From positions 95,480,001 through 95,544,000 of the forward strand of contig OZ336871.1 of NCBI GenBank assembly GCA_965287045.1: DNA of 64,000 nt, in the 5' to 3' direction. A model generated the notes under the pieces. That model saw nothing but the letters and a program-made list of their open reading frames with translations, made no database searches and was not told the origin of the DNA. Shown here one piece after another: positions 12,570-24,870 of this stretch. Position 1 is the first letter of the stretch, and the number at the start of each line of letters is the position of its first letter. The stretch is from Carcharhinus amblyrhynchos. Taxonomy: Eukaryota. The position numbers were made by a program, and so were the translations under genes.

Positions 12570-13136
12570 GGCTGAATGAAACCAGAGAGTGGGATGCCTC
12601 CTCAGTAATGGGAGGATATTATCAACTGGTGATCCAAAGAAGGTGGTGGTTGGTGGCCAGAAGGTCTGCAATTGGAGAATTATGTCTCTCTTCTGTATTC
12701 AGGGCAAAGAGTGTTTTAATAATCTCAGCAGCTGAGTATAGTTGTCATTCACCTACTTCCCACCCCTTCAGTCTGCCTTGTTAAACCCCTACTTGTCACA
12801 CCTCAAACCCACTTACCTTGCACATTAACCCATTCTACTTTTTCTAATGTACTTCTTCACACCATCATCGACCCATCCACTGCCAACATCCCAATTCTTA
12901 TGCAATTTCCTGCCCATCCCTGATGGTCAATTGTCATCAAACGTTCTCCATCCATAGGCTGAACACATGCAATTAGTCACACAAAGGTTTGTTCTCTCTC
13001 CCATTGCAGAGGGAGGTTCTTCTAGAGATCTCACAGTCCATAACTGCAAAAGAGGAGGTGCTGGGGCTCAGAGGGGTTTTGTTGCCCCCGGCAATTGGAG
13101 TTGGCTACCTAGTGACACAAGTAAACATTGGTGACC

Positions 13137-13365
13137 CGGGGTCAGTTTAGCTCAGTTGGCTGGCCAGCTGGTTAGTGATATAGAGCGACACCAACAACAT
13201 GGATTCAATTTCCATACCAGCTGAGGTTATTGATGAATGCCCTGCCTTCTCAACCTTGTCCCTCACCTGAGGTGTGGAGATCCTCAGATTAAATCACCAC
13301 CAGCCAGCTCTCCCCCTGAAAGGAAAGCAGTCTATGGTCATTTGGGAAAATGTGACTTTACCTTA
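13137..13365 (+). mobile_element. tRNA-derived SINE
   Basis: Head gggtcagtttagctcagttggc...ggattcaattt; tail gactttacctta. Confidence 0.6.
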
Positions 13366-13490
13366 CAACCATCAATCATGTTGACTTTACTTCATCAGTG
13401 AATGAAATATGATCCATCAATTATAACATTCACAGCTTGTCAGTACTGATACATTTTTTTTTCTTTCTTCGCCAGGGCCTTCAGGCATGC

Positions 13491-15951
13491 TGTAGTACCC
13501 AGTATAACCTGTGGGTGTTGAATTCTCAGAGGAATGACTCCTTCTGAGGATGCCCCATTACAGGACCCAAGCTCAGAGTGATACTGTGGCCTTTTTAAGG
13601 GGTAATCATTCGTTGGTGAAATGAGTTTCCCGGGGCCTATCAGAGTGTTCAAATATCAGGCTATCAAGTGTTAGGGTGCAGTTCCAGATAGGTGGAACCT
13701 GCAGTGTGAGCCCGGGGATCGGTGAGACCAGAACTGTAGCTGTACTAAGCTCGACAGTCTATATAGTTACAACTGTCATTCAATAAATCACCATTGTGAT
13801 TTGAGGCTTCCTTGTCATAGAGTCATAGAGGTTTACAGCATGGAAACAGGCCCTTCGGCCCAACTTGTCCATGTCGCCCAGATTTTTAAAAACCCTAAAC
13901 AAATCCCAATTGCTCACATTTGGCCCATATCCCTCTATACCCATCGTACCCATGTAACTATTTAAATGTTTTTTAAAAGATAAAAATTGTACCCACCTCT
14001 ACTACTACTTCTGGCAGCTTGTTCCAGACACTCATCAGCCACTGTGTGAAAAAATTACCCCTCTGGACACTTTTATATCTCTCCCCTCTCACCTTAAACC
14101 TATGCCCTCTGGTTTTAGACTCCCCTACCTTTGGGAAAAAATATTGACTACCTACCTTATCAATGCCCCTCATTATTTTATAGACCTCTATAAGGTCATC
14201 CCTTCAGCCTCCTATGCTCCAGAGAAAAAAGTCCCAGTCTATTCAGCCTCTCCTTATAACTCAATCCATCAGGTCCCAGTAACATCCTAGTAAATCTTTT
14301 CTGCACTCTTTCTAGTTTAATAATATCCTTTCTGTAATAGGGTGACCAGAATTACACACAGTATTCCATGTGTGGCCTTACCAATGTCTTGTACAACTTC
14401 AACAAGACGTCCCAACTCCTGTACTCAATGTTCTGACCAATGAAACCAAGCACGCCGAATGCCTTCTTCGCCATTCTGTCCACCTGTGACTCCATTTTCA
14501 AGGAGCTATGAACATGTACGCCTGGTTCTTTTTGTTCTGTAACTCTCCCCGACGCCCTACCATTAACTGAGTAAATCTGCCTTGGTTCAATCTATCAAGA
14601 CACATTACCTCACATTAGTCTAAATTAAACTCCATCTGCCATTCATCAGCCCATTGGCCCAATTGATCAAGATCCCGCTGCAATTGGAGATAACCTTCCT
14701 CACTGTCCATCATGCCATCAATCTTGGTGTCACCTACAAACTTCCTAACCATGCTCCCTATATTCTCATCCAAATCATTAATATAAATGACAAATAACAG
14801 TGGGCTCTGCACTGATTCCTGAGGCACACTGCTGGTCACAGCCCTCCAGCTTGAAAAACAAGTCTTTACAACCACCCTCAGGCTTCTATCAAGAAGTCAA
14901 TTGCGTATCCATTTAGATACCTCGTCCTGGATCACGTGAGATTTAACTTTATGCAACAACCTATCATGCGGTAGCTTGTCAAAGGCCTTGCTAAAGTCCA
15001 TGACAACATCAACTACACTGCCGTCATCTACCTTCTTGGTTACCTCTTCAAAAAATTCAATTAAATTTATGAGACGTGATTTTCCACTCACAAAGCCATG
15101 CTAACTGTCCTTAATCAGTCCTTGCATCTCTAAATGCCTGTAGACCCTGTCTCTCAAAATACTTCCCAACAAGTTACCCATCACAGATGTGAGGCTCATT
15201 GGCCTGTACTTCCCAAGCTTTTCCCTGCAGGCCTTTTTAAACAAAGGCACAACATTTGCCACCCTCCAATCTTCAGACACCTTACCTGTGACTATCAATG
15301 ATTCAAATACCTCGGCTAGAGGACCTGCAATTTCCTCTCTAGCTTCCCACAATGTCCTGGGATATACTCCATCAGTTCCTGCAGATTTATCTACCTTGAT
15401 GTGCTTTAAGGCTTCCAACACCTCCTTCTCTGTAATATGTACACTCCTCAAGACATCAAGATTTATTTCCTCAAGTTCCCTAACATCCATGCTTTTCTCA
15501 ACAGTAAATACTGATGAGAAATATTCATTTAGGATCTCACCCATCTCTTGTGGATCTGCACATAGATGACCTTGCTGATCCTTAAGAGGCCCTATTCTCT
15601 CCCTTGTTACTCTTTTGCCCCTAATGTATTTGTAGAAACCCTCTGGATTCTCCTTTGCCATTTCTGCTAAAACAATTTCATGTCCCCTTTTTGCCCTCCT
15701 GATTTCTCTCTTAACTCTACTCCTACACCCCCTATACTCTTCAGGAGATTCTCTTGATCCCAACTGGCTATGCATGTCATGTGCCTCTTTCTTCTTCTTG
15801 ACCAGGGCCTCAATATCCCGAATCATCCAGGGTTCCTGACTACTGCCAGCACTGCCCTTCACTCTAAGACGAATGTGTTTACCCTGAACCCTGAATCCTT
15901 GTCGTGTTGCCTAGCGCAGTGTTATTGATGATGAAAATAAATAGGCCTACA
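13491..15951 (+). mobile_element. Solo LTR (13491-13816 plus 15896-15951) split by a CR1
   Basis: TGTAG...CTACA inverted ends; aataaa at ~13782; the halves join at the CR1 TSD. Confidence 0.55.
13817..15895 (-). mobile_element. CR1 LINE, 5'-truncated, frameshifted RT
   Basis: ORF2 fragments (YRPMSLTSVMG, DFSKAFDK, KFVGDTK); ctctatga tail; 8-bp TSD tccttgtc at 13809-13816 and 15896-15903. Confidence 0.95.
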
Positions 15952-16029
15952 TTTGCTAAAATATCGACATTTGGAAGGGGAAGAGTGAGTCTCAAAAACC
16001 TGCAATGACCTAAAAGGTTGTTGTACCAT

Positions 16030-16340
16030 AGATGGTGGCGCAGTAGCACAGTGGTTAGCACTGCTGCGTCACAGTACCAGGAACCCAGGTTCAATCCTGG
16101 CCTCAGGTCATTGTCTATGTGGAGTTTGCATGTTCTCCTATTGTTTGCATGGGTTTCCTCCAGGTGTTCCGGTTTCCTCCCACAGTCTGAAAGGTATGCT
16201 GGTTAGGTACATTGGCCATGCTAAATTCTTCCTCAGTGTACCCAACAGGTGCTGGATGTGGCAACTAGGAAAATTTCACAGTGACTTCATTGCAGTGTTA
16301 ATGGAAGCCTATTTGTGACACTGATAAATAAACTTAAACT
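16030..16340 (+). mobile_element. V-SINE/HE1-like SINE, near full length
   Basis: tRNA head gtagcacagtggttagcactgctgcgtcacag, conserved core and aataaact tail. Confidence 0.85.
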
Positions 16341-16729
16341 TCAGCGATGCCATCATTCAGGAAAATCATCCGTTTGATTTTTCCAGTACATTGAAAGGCT
16401 TCAATACTTTTTGCAGGCAGGAGAAGCAGAGAGCACAAAGCACAAGCCTCAATAATCTGGTGGAAAGGAATAAGTAATTTTAATAAATACAAATAAAAAT
16501 TAATTTATTAATTGTTTCAAAAAATCAATTAATATAAAATTACATTTAAATTGTTGTTATCTCAAAGGAAAGGCCAGCTTCCAAAACAGAAACACGAGAT
16601 GGTATGATTGCTGGAATTATGAGGAGAGATTGGAGAGGCTCGGGCCATTTTCCACAGTCATTATGTGGAGATGCCGACATTGGACTGGGGTAAACACAGT
16701 AAGAAGTCTCCTTAATTGGACAATCAAGT

Positions 16730-17025
16730 AGGGTGGCATGGTGGCACAGTCGTTAGAACTGCTGCCTCACAGTGTCAAGAATCCGGATTCGATTCTCAGC
16801 TTAGGTCACTGTCTGTGGAGTTTGCACATTCTCCCCGTGTCTGTGTGAGTTCCCTCCGGATGCTCCGGTTTCCTCCCACAGTCCGAAGATGTGTGGGTTA
16901 GGTAATTGACCATGCTAAATTGCCCCTTAGTGTCAGGGGCCTGGATAGGGTAAATACACAGGGCTATGGGGGTAAGGCCTGTGGTCAGTGCAAACTCGAT
17001 CCGCCCTATGGCCTCCTTCTGTGGT
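16730..17025 (+). mobile_element. HE1-like SINE
   Basis: Head ggtggcacagtcgttagaactgctgcctcacag; core ggtttcctcccacagtcc; CR1-like tail tggcctccttctg. Confidence 0.8.
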
Positions 17026-17177
17026 CTATTTTGAACTAAGATACAGGTGATCGGTTATGAGCTCGCTGAATTGAGCTGGCAGCACCTTAACAACAGGAGT
17101 AGTCTTAGGACCTGCATATGATCCTGATATTGAGTTCCCAATGCCCATGGGAATCATCTACTCAATGGCCTTTCATC

Positions 17178-18020
17178 TGTCTGCAGGGAGACTTAGATAG
17201 GTTGCAGAGCTGGGCCGAGAGGTGGCGGATGGAATTTAATGCGGAGAAGTGTGAGGTAATTCACTTTGGTAGGAGCAACAGATGTGTCGAGTATAGGGCT
17301 AACAGGAGGACTTTGAATAGTGTGGATGAACAGAGGGATCTAGGTGTATGTGTACATAGATCCCTGAAAGTTGGGAATCAAGTAGATAAGGTTGTTAAGA
17401 AGGCGTACGGTGTCTTGGCATTTATTGGTAGGGGGATTGAATTTAGGAGTCGCAGCGTAATGTTGCAACTGTACACTACTCTGGTGCGGCCGCACTTGGA
17501 GTACTGTGTGCAGTTCTGGTCCCCACATTACAAGAAGGATGTGGAGGCTTTGGAGAGGGTGCAGAGGAGGTTTACTAGGATGTTGCCTGGTATGGTGGGG
17601 AGGTCCTATGAGGAGAGACTGAGGGATTTAGGGTTGTTTTCGTTGGAAAGAAGGCGGCTAAGAGGGGATCTTATTGAAACATATAAGATGATTAGAGGTT
17701 TAGATAGGGTGGATAGTGATAGCCTTTTTCCTCGGATGGAGAAAGCTAGCACGAGGGGGCATGGCTTTAAATTAAGGGGGGGTAGCTACAGGACGGATGT
17801 CAGGGGTAGGTTCTTTACTCAGCGGGTGGTGAGGGATTGGAATGCCCTGCCTGCTGCAGTTGTAAATGCGCCTAGTTTGGGGGCGTTTAAGAGATCTATG
17901 GATAGGTTTATGGACGAAAAGGGATTGGTATAGGCTAGTGGGTCATTGTTTTTGTAACTGGTCGGCGCAACATCGTGGGCCGAAGGGCCTGTTCTGCGCT
18001 GTAATGTTCTATGTTCTATG
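17178..18020 (+). mobile_element. Young 5'-truncated CR1 LINE
   Basis: Open ORF2 C-terminus (ORF 17118-17933); (ttctatg)n tail; TSD ttcatc at 17172-17177 and 18021-18026. Confidence 0.95.
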
Positions 18021-18769
18021 TTCATCAGAACCAATGCTCCCAGAGTAGGAACTTCCCTCCTCTTCTTCTGATCATATGATGGATGGGACCTTTGGTATGC
18101 ATTTTAGAGACACACACAGCCTCAGTGTCTGACAGTTCTGAGTGTGCCACTCTCTCCAGCACTGCACTGATGCATCAGTCTAGATTTTTGTGCTCTTTGG
18201 ACTGGGACTTGCACACACAACCTGCTAACTCAGCAGAGCTGATAGTGCTATCAACTGAGCGAAGGTTAGCAGAGGAAAGGTGGCAGGAATTAAAGAGCAG
18301 CTGGATGGAACCCATTAGTTGAACCATTAATTTCAAAAATATGCAATCGAGGGAAATGATAAGATAAATCCTGAACAGGTGCCTTGGTAGTTGGCTAACA
18401 TGCCAGGAGGGAGAAGCAGAGAAATCACTGAGCAGGAGACTTACTCCACTACTAAAATAGAGTACAGATATAGGTACAGATACAGGTCAAGTCCCAATGA
18501 CTCCCGGGTTCACACAATAGGTTCCATCCATCTGGAACTGCACCCTAACACTCGATAGGCTGAGGTTTGTGTTCCCATTCCAATAGGCCCTGGGAGGATC
18601 ATGTGATGCATGAATGATTGCCCCTAAAAGGAGCCACACTATCACAGTAAGCACGAGTCCTATAATGGTACACCCTCAGCCCGCAGGAGAAACATGTAAG
18701 GAAAAAGTACAATTTCAAATTTAAAATGATCTTATCAAAAGAAGAACCAGCTTCTGAAGAAAGAGTTTT

Positions 18770-19260
18770 GGTACGAGGGACAGAGAGACTAGAGAAGCTG
18801 TGGTCATTCTCCTCAGAGGTAAAAAAGCTAAGAGGAGTAAAAACCACAAATGCCAGAAAAACACAGCAGGTCTTGCAGCATCTGTAGAGAGAGAAACGGA
18901 GATAAGGTTTTGAGTCTGCTCTTCTCTCCACAGAGGCTGCCAGGCTTGTTGAGTTTATCCTGCATTTTCTGTTTTCATTTCAGATTTTCAGCATCCAGAG
19001 TATTTTGCTTTTATTTCATAGATTTAAGGTGATTGCCAATAGAACTGAGAGCAACACGAGTGAAAAATGTTTTGGGCAGCAAGTTCTTTTGAACTGGAAT
19101 GCACTGCCTGAAAGGATGGACGGAACAATTCAAAAGTAAAATTCAGAACAGAATTGGACAAACATTTGATCGGACTATAGGTAGAGAAGAGAGGAGTCAG
19201 ACTAATTGGATAGCTCTGCGAAAGAGATGCCATACATACAATGGACAGGTGTCCAGCTAG
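18770..19260 (+). mobile_element. Old CR1 3' fragment split by a short interspersed element (~18840-19015)
   Basis: ERLEKLWSFS resembles the CR1 ORF2 end. The insert has a cagcatctgtagagagagaaac/ctgcattttctgtttt structure also seen at ~62270-62360. Confidence 0.5.
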
Positions 19261-20135
19261 TGTGAAAATGGGAGAGTTCCTTGGATGGGTTTTCATACCC
19301 AGTCTTATTCACTTAGTCACTGAAAAATGGTGTAGACTGTTTTTAACTACTGCAGGCAGTAGGCTGGGCTTAATTCATCAGCCAGCCTGTAGAGGGAGCT
19401 ACTGCATATGTGCAGACCTCTGATTCTGCATATGTTCAATAGCAATAGCAGGGGTCTGACAGATAGCCTCACAAACTCTTCTACACTCTCCCCACTCCAC
19501 TGCAATCGTGAGGGCCTGCAGCCATTTGCAAGCCCCTGCCACCTCCTTCCCCTGATCTGATTGTAACTGCAGAGTGGCAGCGCCACCCCATCACCCCCAT
19601 CCAATCCTGTTGCAGAGTGTGCAGCGGGCCCTTCTCCTCCCCTTCATGCTCCATCCCATGGGCCCCACCCCATAGGCCATCCGCTCCCCCCATAGACCTT
19701 GCCATGGCTCTGCCTGCTGGGCATTGCCAAAGTGCCTGATGGGCAGTGCCAAGGTGCCAAGCTGGTGCTGCCAGCTTGGCACTGCCCAAGGAGCACTCCA
19801 TTGCTCTTGGCCTGCCTAAGAGGCCTCAATGGTTTCCAGTTTCACCAGCAAGGCCAGCTGTTCCCCACTCATGAGGAGCAGGTGTTTTCCTTGCCTTTCT
19901 CTCCATAAAAGCAAGTGAGACTGAATGATTGAGCTCTGGGTTCCTAAACATATGCAAATTTATATTTAAATATATTTAAATAAGTTATTTAGCCTCTTAC
20001 CCATTTTCGGTGAGAGGCTGATCTCACCAGAAATTCGCCTCTCATAAAATCATGAGAGCTGAGAAATCGGGTGTGATCCTGATTTCTCAGCTCTCACATG
20101 ATTTTACCAGCTCATTCCACTGGTAAAATTCGATC
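19260..20135. mobile_element. Non-autonomous DNA-transposon-like element with GC-rich core
   Basis: Internal inverted repeats (ttggcac/gtgccaa; tgagagctgagaaatc/gatttctcagctctca) and a gtaaaattc-type end. Confidence 0.4.
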
Positions 20136-20834
20136 CATCGGGTGAATGGCCTCTTTCCGTTTCGAATCATTCTTATTCTCGATTTTATGGGACAGGCAGA
20201 ATAGAAAATTGTTCCATAGTGTCACCCAGTGGCCAGAACCTGCAACTGTAAGCAGTTCTTAAAGTTTTCCAGCACCACTTGTCTGGGAAAATCCTGATCA
20301 ATTTTAGTGACAGGGCAAACACTATAAGATGTACCAGGGGTATGGACACAATTCACATTGAAAAGGAACATTTTAGAGGAAATTTGTCAGATAGATTGTG
20401 TGAAAGTCCAGCTTAATTATGGATCTAATTTAAACGATGATCACGCTATGAGTAAAAGCAATGTTGACATGTCTGTTGCCATTAAGAGATTTTCCAGTAT
20501 GCTTCAGTCAGTCATTGCAATGTATTTCTCACACATCTTGCTGCTACAACTCCCATCTGTGTCACTCAGCCAAAATATCAAAACAAATTGAAATCAACTG
20601 CATAAAATCAATTTAACAACTGTGCCATTAAACACTGGGTCTTGTGAGTAGTAGCCATTAATTTTCATGTTACAGTTCACCCTAGTACAGAACACACTGG
20701 TTAAAAAATGTTCTCAATCCCAGGAGTTACTAATAGGCAATGTTTCAGCAGGCTAAAGATTGGTTATCTTCCAAATGAAGAATAACTTCTTAGGGATGAA
20801 ATTTAAGGGATAATTTTATCTGCTTGAAGATAAT

Positions 20835-21180
20835 TTTTTTTGATGCATTCATGAGACTGGCTGGCCAGCATTTATTGCCCATCCCTCTTGCCTGAGGGCT
20901 GTTGAGAGTCAACCACATTGCTGTGGCTCTGGAGTCACATGTAGGCCAGACCGGGTAAGAACGGCAGATTTCCTTTCCTAAAGGACATTACTGAACCAGG
21001 TGGGTTTTTCTGACAATTGACAATAGCTTCATGGTCCTCATTAGATTCTTAATTCCAGATATCTTTTATTCAATTCAAATTCCACCATCTGCTGCGGCAG
21101 ATTTCGAACCTGGGTCCCCAGAACATTAGTTGAGTTTCTGGATTAAAGTCGAGTGATGATACCACAAGGCCATCGTCTCC
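20835..21180 (-). mobile_element. tRNA-headed SINE with LINE-derived tail
   Basis: Minus head ggagacgatggccttgtggtatcatc...gttcgaa; tail gggatgggcaataaatgctggcc; same family as 48398-48605. Confidence 0.7.
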
Positions 21181-22029
21181 CCTTTTTCAGAGAAAGGGGG
21201 TGATGGTAAGGGAAGGGTTTTGAGAAGGTCTTTGATAAAATGAGTGGGAGAAAGAGGGAGGGCAGGCCAGAGTAGCACAATATTGTAGAAATAGATAAAG
21301 TGATTTTGACTGAAATATATTTCATAACGGTGACTCTCATGATTTCTTCTCAACTTCCCAAAAGACAAGAGAAGTTTCTCTAGCTTTGCCCAACTTGCTC
21401 AGTGCCAACTGCCTCTAAGTTGTTCCTGTGTGAGTTGAAATGAGGCTGAGCTTTTCAAAGTTGTACCAGTTTGGAGATCTCCACTGCAGGTAGCTTCAAA
21501 GTGGACAATCCAGGGAGTGGTCTTCTTGGCAAATCTGGGAGCATCTATGTTGTCCAGATAGGTATTTAGGAGGTGTTTGAGTCAGGTCGGATTGGGCCTT
21601 AGAGTAGGGTATCAGTCCTTGAGTGTAGGTGTTGGGTTGGGGCAAACCTTGGGATTGGGGGAGTTTCAGGTCAGGCCTTATAGTGGGATTTCAGGCCAAG
21701 CCTTGTAGGGGTTCAGGTGGGGTCAGGCCTTGGGCGGGGGAGGGGGCTGCAGAGAGTGTTGGGTCAGGTTCCACCTTGTGACTGGGGTGGGTGTCAGGTT
21801 GGGTTTAGCCTTGGGAGCGGCAGGGGTAAGAGTTTGACCCAGTGGGGCAAACGGAAGAATCCTTACTTCCTACTGAAATATATCTCTTCTTCAAGGGAAG
21901 GGACACAAAGCTGACTGACCATTTCTAAGACTAAGCTGAGTATGATTTACTCAAACAGTGACAAGTTTTGATATGCCTTCTCAAGCTTGCACATCTCACC
22001 TGAGGTGAGTCTGTGTAATTAGAGCTCGG

Positions 22030-24870
22030 TGTTGGTTATAATGAAGTTGCAGTGGAATGTATCAAAAGTTATATTGGGAGTATTGAAATTACGATGGAAT
22101 GTGGTAATTATAATTTATAATATGTAATAGACTACATTAAAATTCTAATGGAGCAAATCAAAGTTCTAATGGAGTAAATCAAAGTAGGGAAGAAATGGTA
22201 GAACCACAATTACATATATAGAAAAAGCCATTAGAAAAGTGAATAGCACCAGAGAACTGGTGGACAGAGGATATGATTCCTATATTTAAAAAGGGCGATA
22301 GAACATTTCCAGAGAACTATAGACCAGTCAGCTTAATATTACTGGTAGAGAAATATTAGAATCTTTGCTCAAATATGTAACAAAAAAATCTTGGAACAAA
22401 AAAATATAATAACTAGTGATCAGCACAGATTTGAAAAGGAAAGGTGGTTTTTAAGCAACCATACCGGATTCTCAGAAGAAGTGATGGAAAATGTATGTAA
22501 AGGTAATGCAGTATTATAATATATATGTTTAGATTTTCAACAGGCTTTCAATAAAATGTTGTGCGATGGACACATGCCTAAGGTCAGAGCATGCTGAACA
22601 AATGGACAAGGAGAAAAGGCACTTAGCAAGATGCCTACGAAATAGAATCAGAGAATAGGGACTGACGGTAGTTCCTCATATGATATAAAGTGGATTAATA
22701 TTTGGACCATTAATGTTCGCCACTTGTATAAATAACTTGGGTTCAGGGATCAGAAATACAACTTCAAAATCTGAGGATGACACCCCATTCGAGTGTAAAG
22801 CTAATACTGAACAAGACTGCAACAAAGATGAGAAGATATTGATTGGTCTGGATACTTATGGTAGAAGTAACGGTGAAGCTATTAGCACTCACTATTATTA
22901 TGGAATAAATCAGATAGCAACTGCCAGGGTCTATAAATGTACAGTTAACTACTGAGATAAAGAAGGAGCTGTCCAATTTACTCTGCTCTTCCACTTTGTG
23001 CACCAATACCTTACCAGCAGACTTGACATTAAATTTATGAAGGGAATAAAGTTGCTCAGTTACCTACTAGATATCACTTAACACACCAGGAAAAATTAGG
23101 GCTTGTGAATTTAGGTGTAAGTGAATCTTTAGGACATAATAGGGATGGGCGGGTTGATATGTAATGGGGTGATAGCTGAGGGTGATGGTGAATGCAGGGG
23201 ATGGATGGGTAGTGGAAGCGGAATGTCTGAGGGGTGGCAAATTGCTGCAGTCTCCCTTGTAGATGATTGACACAAATGCCACATTGCTCCAATAGTGGAG
23301 AGGGTAATTGCTTGAGTTGATGAATGGATGCTGATTAAGCATGTTGTTTTGTCCTGGATGGTATCAAGCTTCTTCGGTATTCAAACATTCACTTGGTCGT
23401 ACAGAATTTGAGTATTGCTTCAAAAAGATACATGGCCCGGAATTTTATCATCTCACCCACCATGGGAATCGGAGCGGGCAAGGGGTGGACCATGAATAGG
23501 TCTGATGACCTCACCAGGATTTTACAGTTTTGGGACGAACAAGGCAGTAAAATCCTGCCCATGTTGTCGAAGCTCTTCATCTTGCATTCATCAGACCAAC
23601 CACCGTCAGGCAAGTCATCAGTGACCTTCCCTCAAACATAAGGTCAGAAGTGGGAATGTTCGCTGATGATTGCACATTTGCAACTCCTCAGAAACTGAAG
23701 TATTCTGTGCCCACATGAAACAGCATTTGGCTTGGACTGATAAGTGGAAAACAACATTCATGCCACACAAGTGCGAGGTCATTACCAACTCCAACAATAG
23801 AAAATCTAAACATTTTACCCTGGCTTTCGACCGTATTACTTTCACTGAATCCCCCACTATCAGCATCCTGGGGGTTACCATTGACCAGAAACTGAACTGG
23901 ACTAGCCTTATAAATACCTGCTTACAAGAGCAGGTCAGAAGCTAGAAATGTTATAGTGAGTACCTCACCTCCTGACTTCTCAAATACTGCCCACCATCTA
24001 AAAGTGTCAAGTCAAGAGTGTGATGGAATATTTTCCCTTAACTGGATGAGCGCAGTTCCAATAACACTCAAGAAGCTTAACACCATCCAAGACAAAGCAG
24101 CTCGCTTGATTGGCACCCCGTTTCCCACCTTAAACATTTATCCCTCCATCACCAATGCATAGTGGAAGCAGTGTGTACCATCTACACGATGCACTGCAGA
24201 AACTCACTAATGTTCCTTTTACAGCGTCATCCAAATCCATGACCTCTACCATTTAGAAAGACAGGGCAGCAGATGCATGAGAACCCCACCACCTGGAAGA
24301 CCACCTCCAATTTGCACACCATCCTGACTTGGAAATATTTTGCCATTCCTTCACTGTTGCTGGGTCAAATTCCTGGAACTCTGTCCCTAACACCATTGTA
24401 AGTGTACGTACACAATGTGGACTGCAATGGTTCAAAGAAGGCACTCATTGCTACCATGTCAAGGGCAATTAAAGATGGGCTTAAATGCTGGTCTAGCTAG
24501 CAATGTTCATATCTGGTGAAAGAATAAAAAGAAAATTATAACAAGTGGTGGTTGAGACAGATGTTATGAATGCTTTGAGGTGCAGCTAGATAAATGTATG
24601 AAGGAGGAAGAAACAGACAAACATACTGCTATAGTTAAATGAAGAAGGGTGGGAGGAACAATATGGAGTATGGACTGGTTTGGCCAAGTGGCCTTGTAGG
24701 TTTCTACTTTCAAAGTAAATCTGTTATTGTAATGGAGGAAATCAAAGTTCTAATGGAGCATGTCAAGGTTTTAATGAAATAAATCGAAGGTCTAATGGAG
24801 TAAATCAAAGTTATAATGGAATATATCAAGTTCTAATGTAGTATGTCGAAGTATAATGGAATAGGTGTAG
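22030..24870. repeat. Degenerate 21-bp minisatellite (tcaaagttctaatggagtaaa) in two blocks, ~22030-22190 and ~24710-24870
   Basis: The same unit occurs on both sides of about 2.5 kb of nested LINE fragments. Confidence 0.7.
22240..24700 (+). mobile_element. Nested old LINE fragments (CR1 RT relic; CR1/L2-group 3' end at 23650-24530)
   Basis: NYRPVSL and LDFQQAFNK relic motifs; ILGVTIDQKLNW and IQDKAARLIG. Confidence 0.7.

Noticed and set aside
13137-13225. tRNA gene candidates here and at 16030, 21100 and 48400
   Set aside because: These are SINE heads followed by SINE bodies, with no complete cloverleaf.
21540-21850. G-rich gtcagg/ttggg tract as telomeric repeat or functional G-quadruplex
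   Set aside because: Irregular low-complexity sequence, probably TE interior; not TTAGGG arrays.
22030-24870. CRISPR-like array
   Set aside because: Tandem units with no unique spacers, in a vertebrate context.
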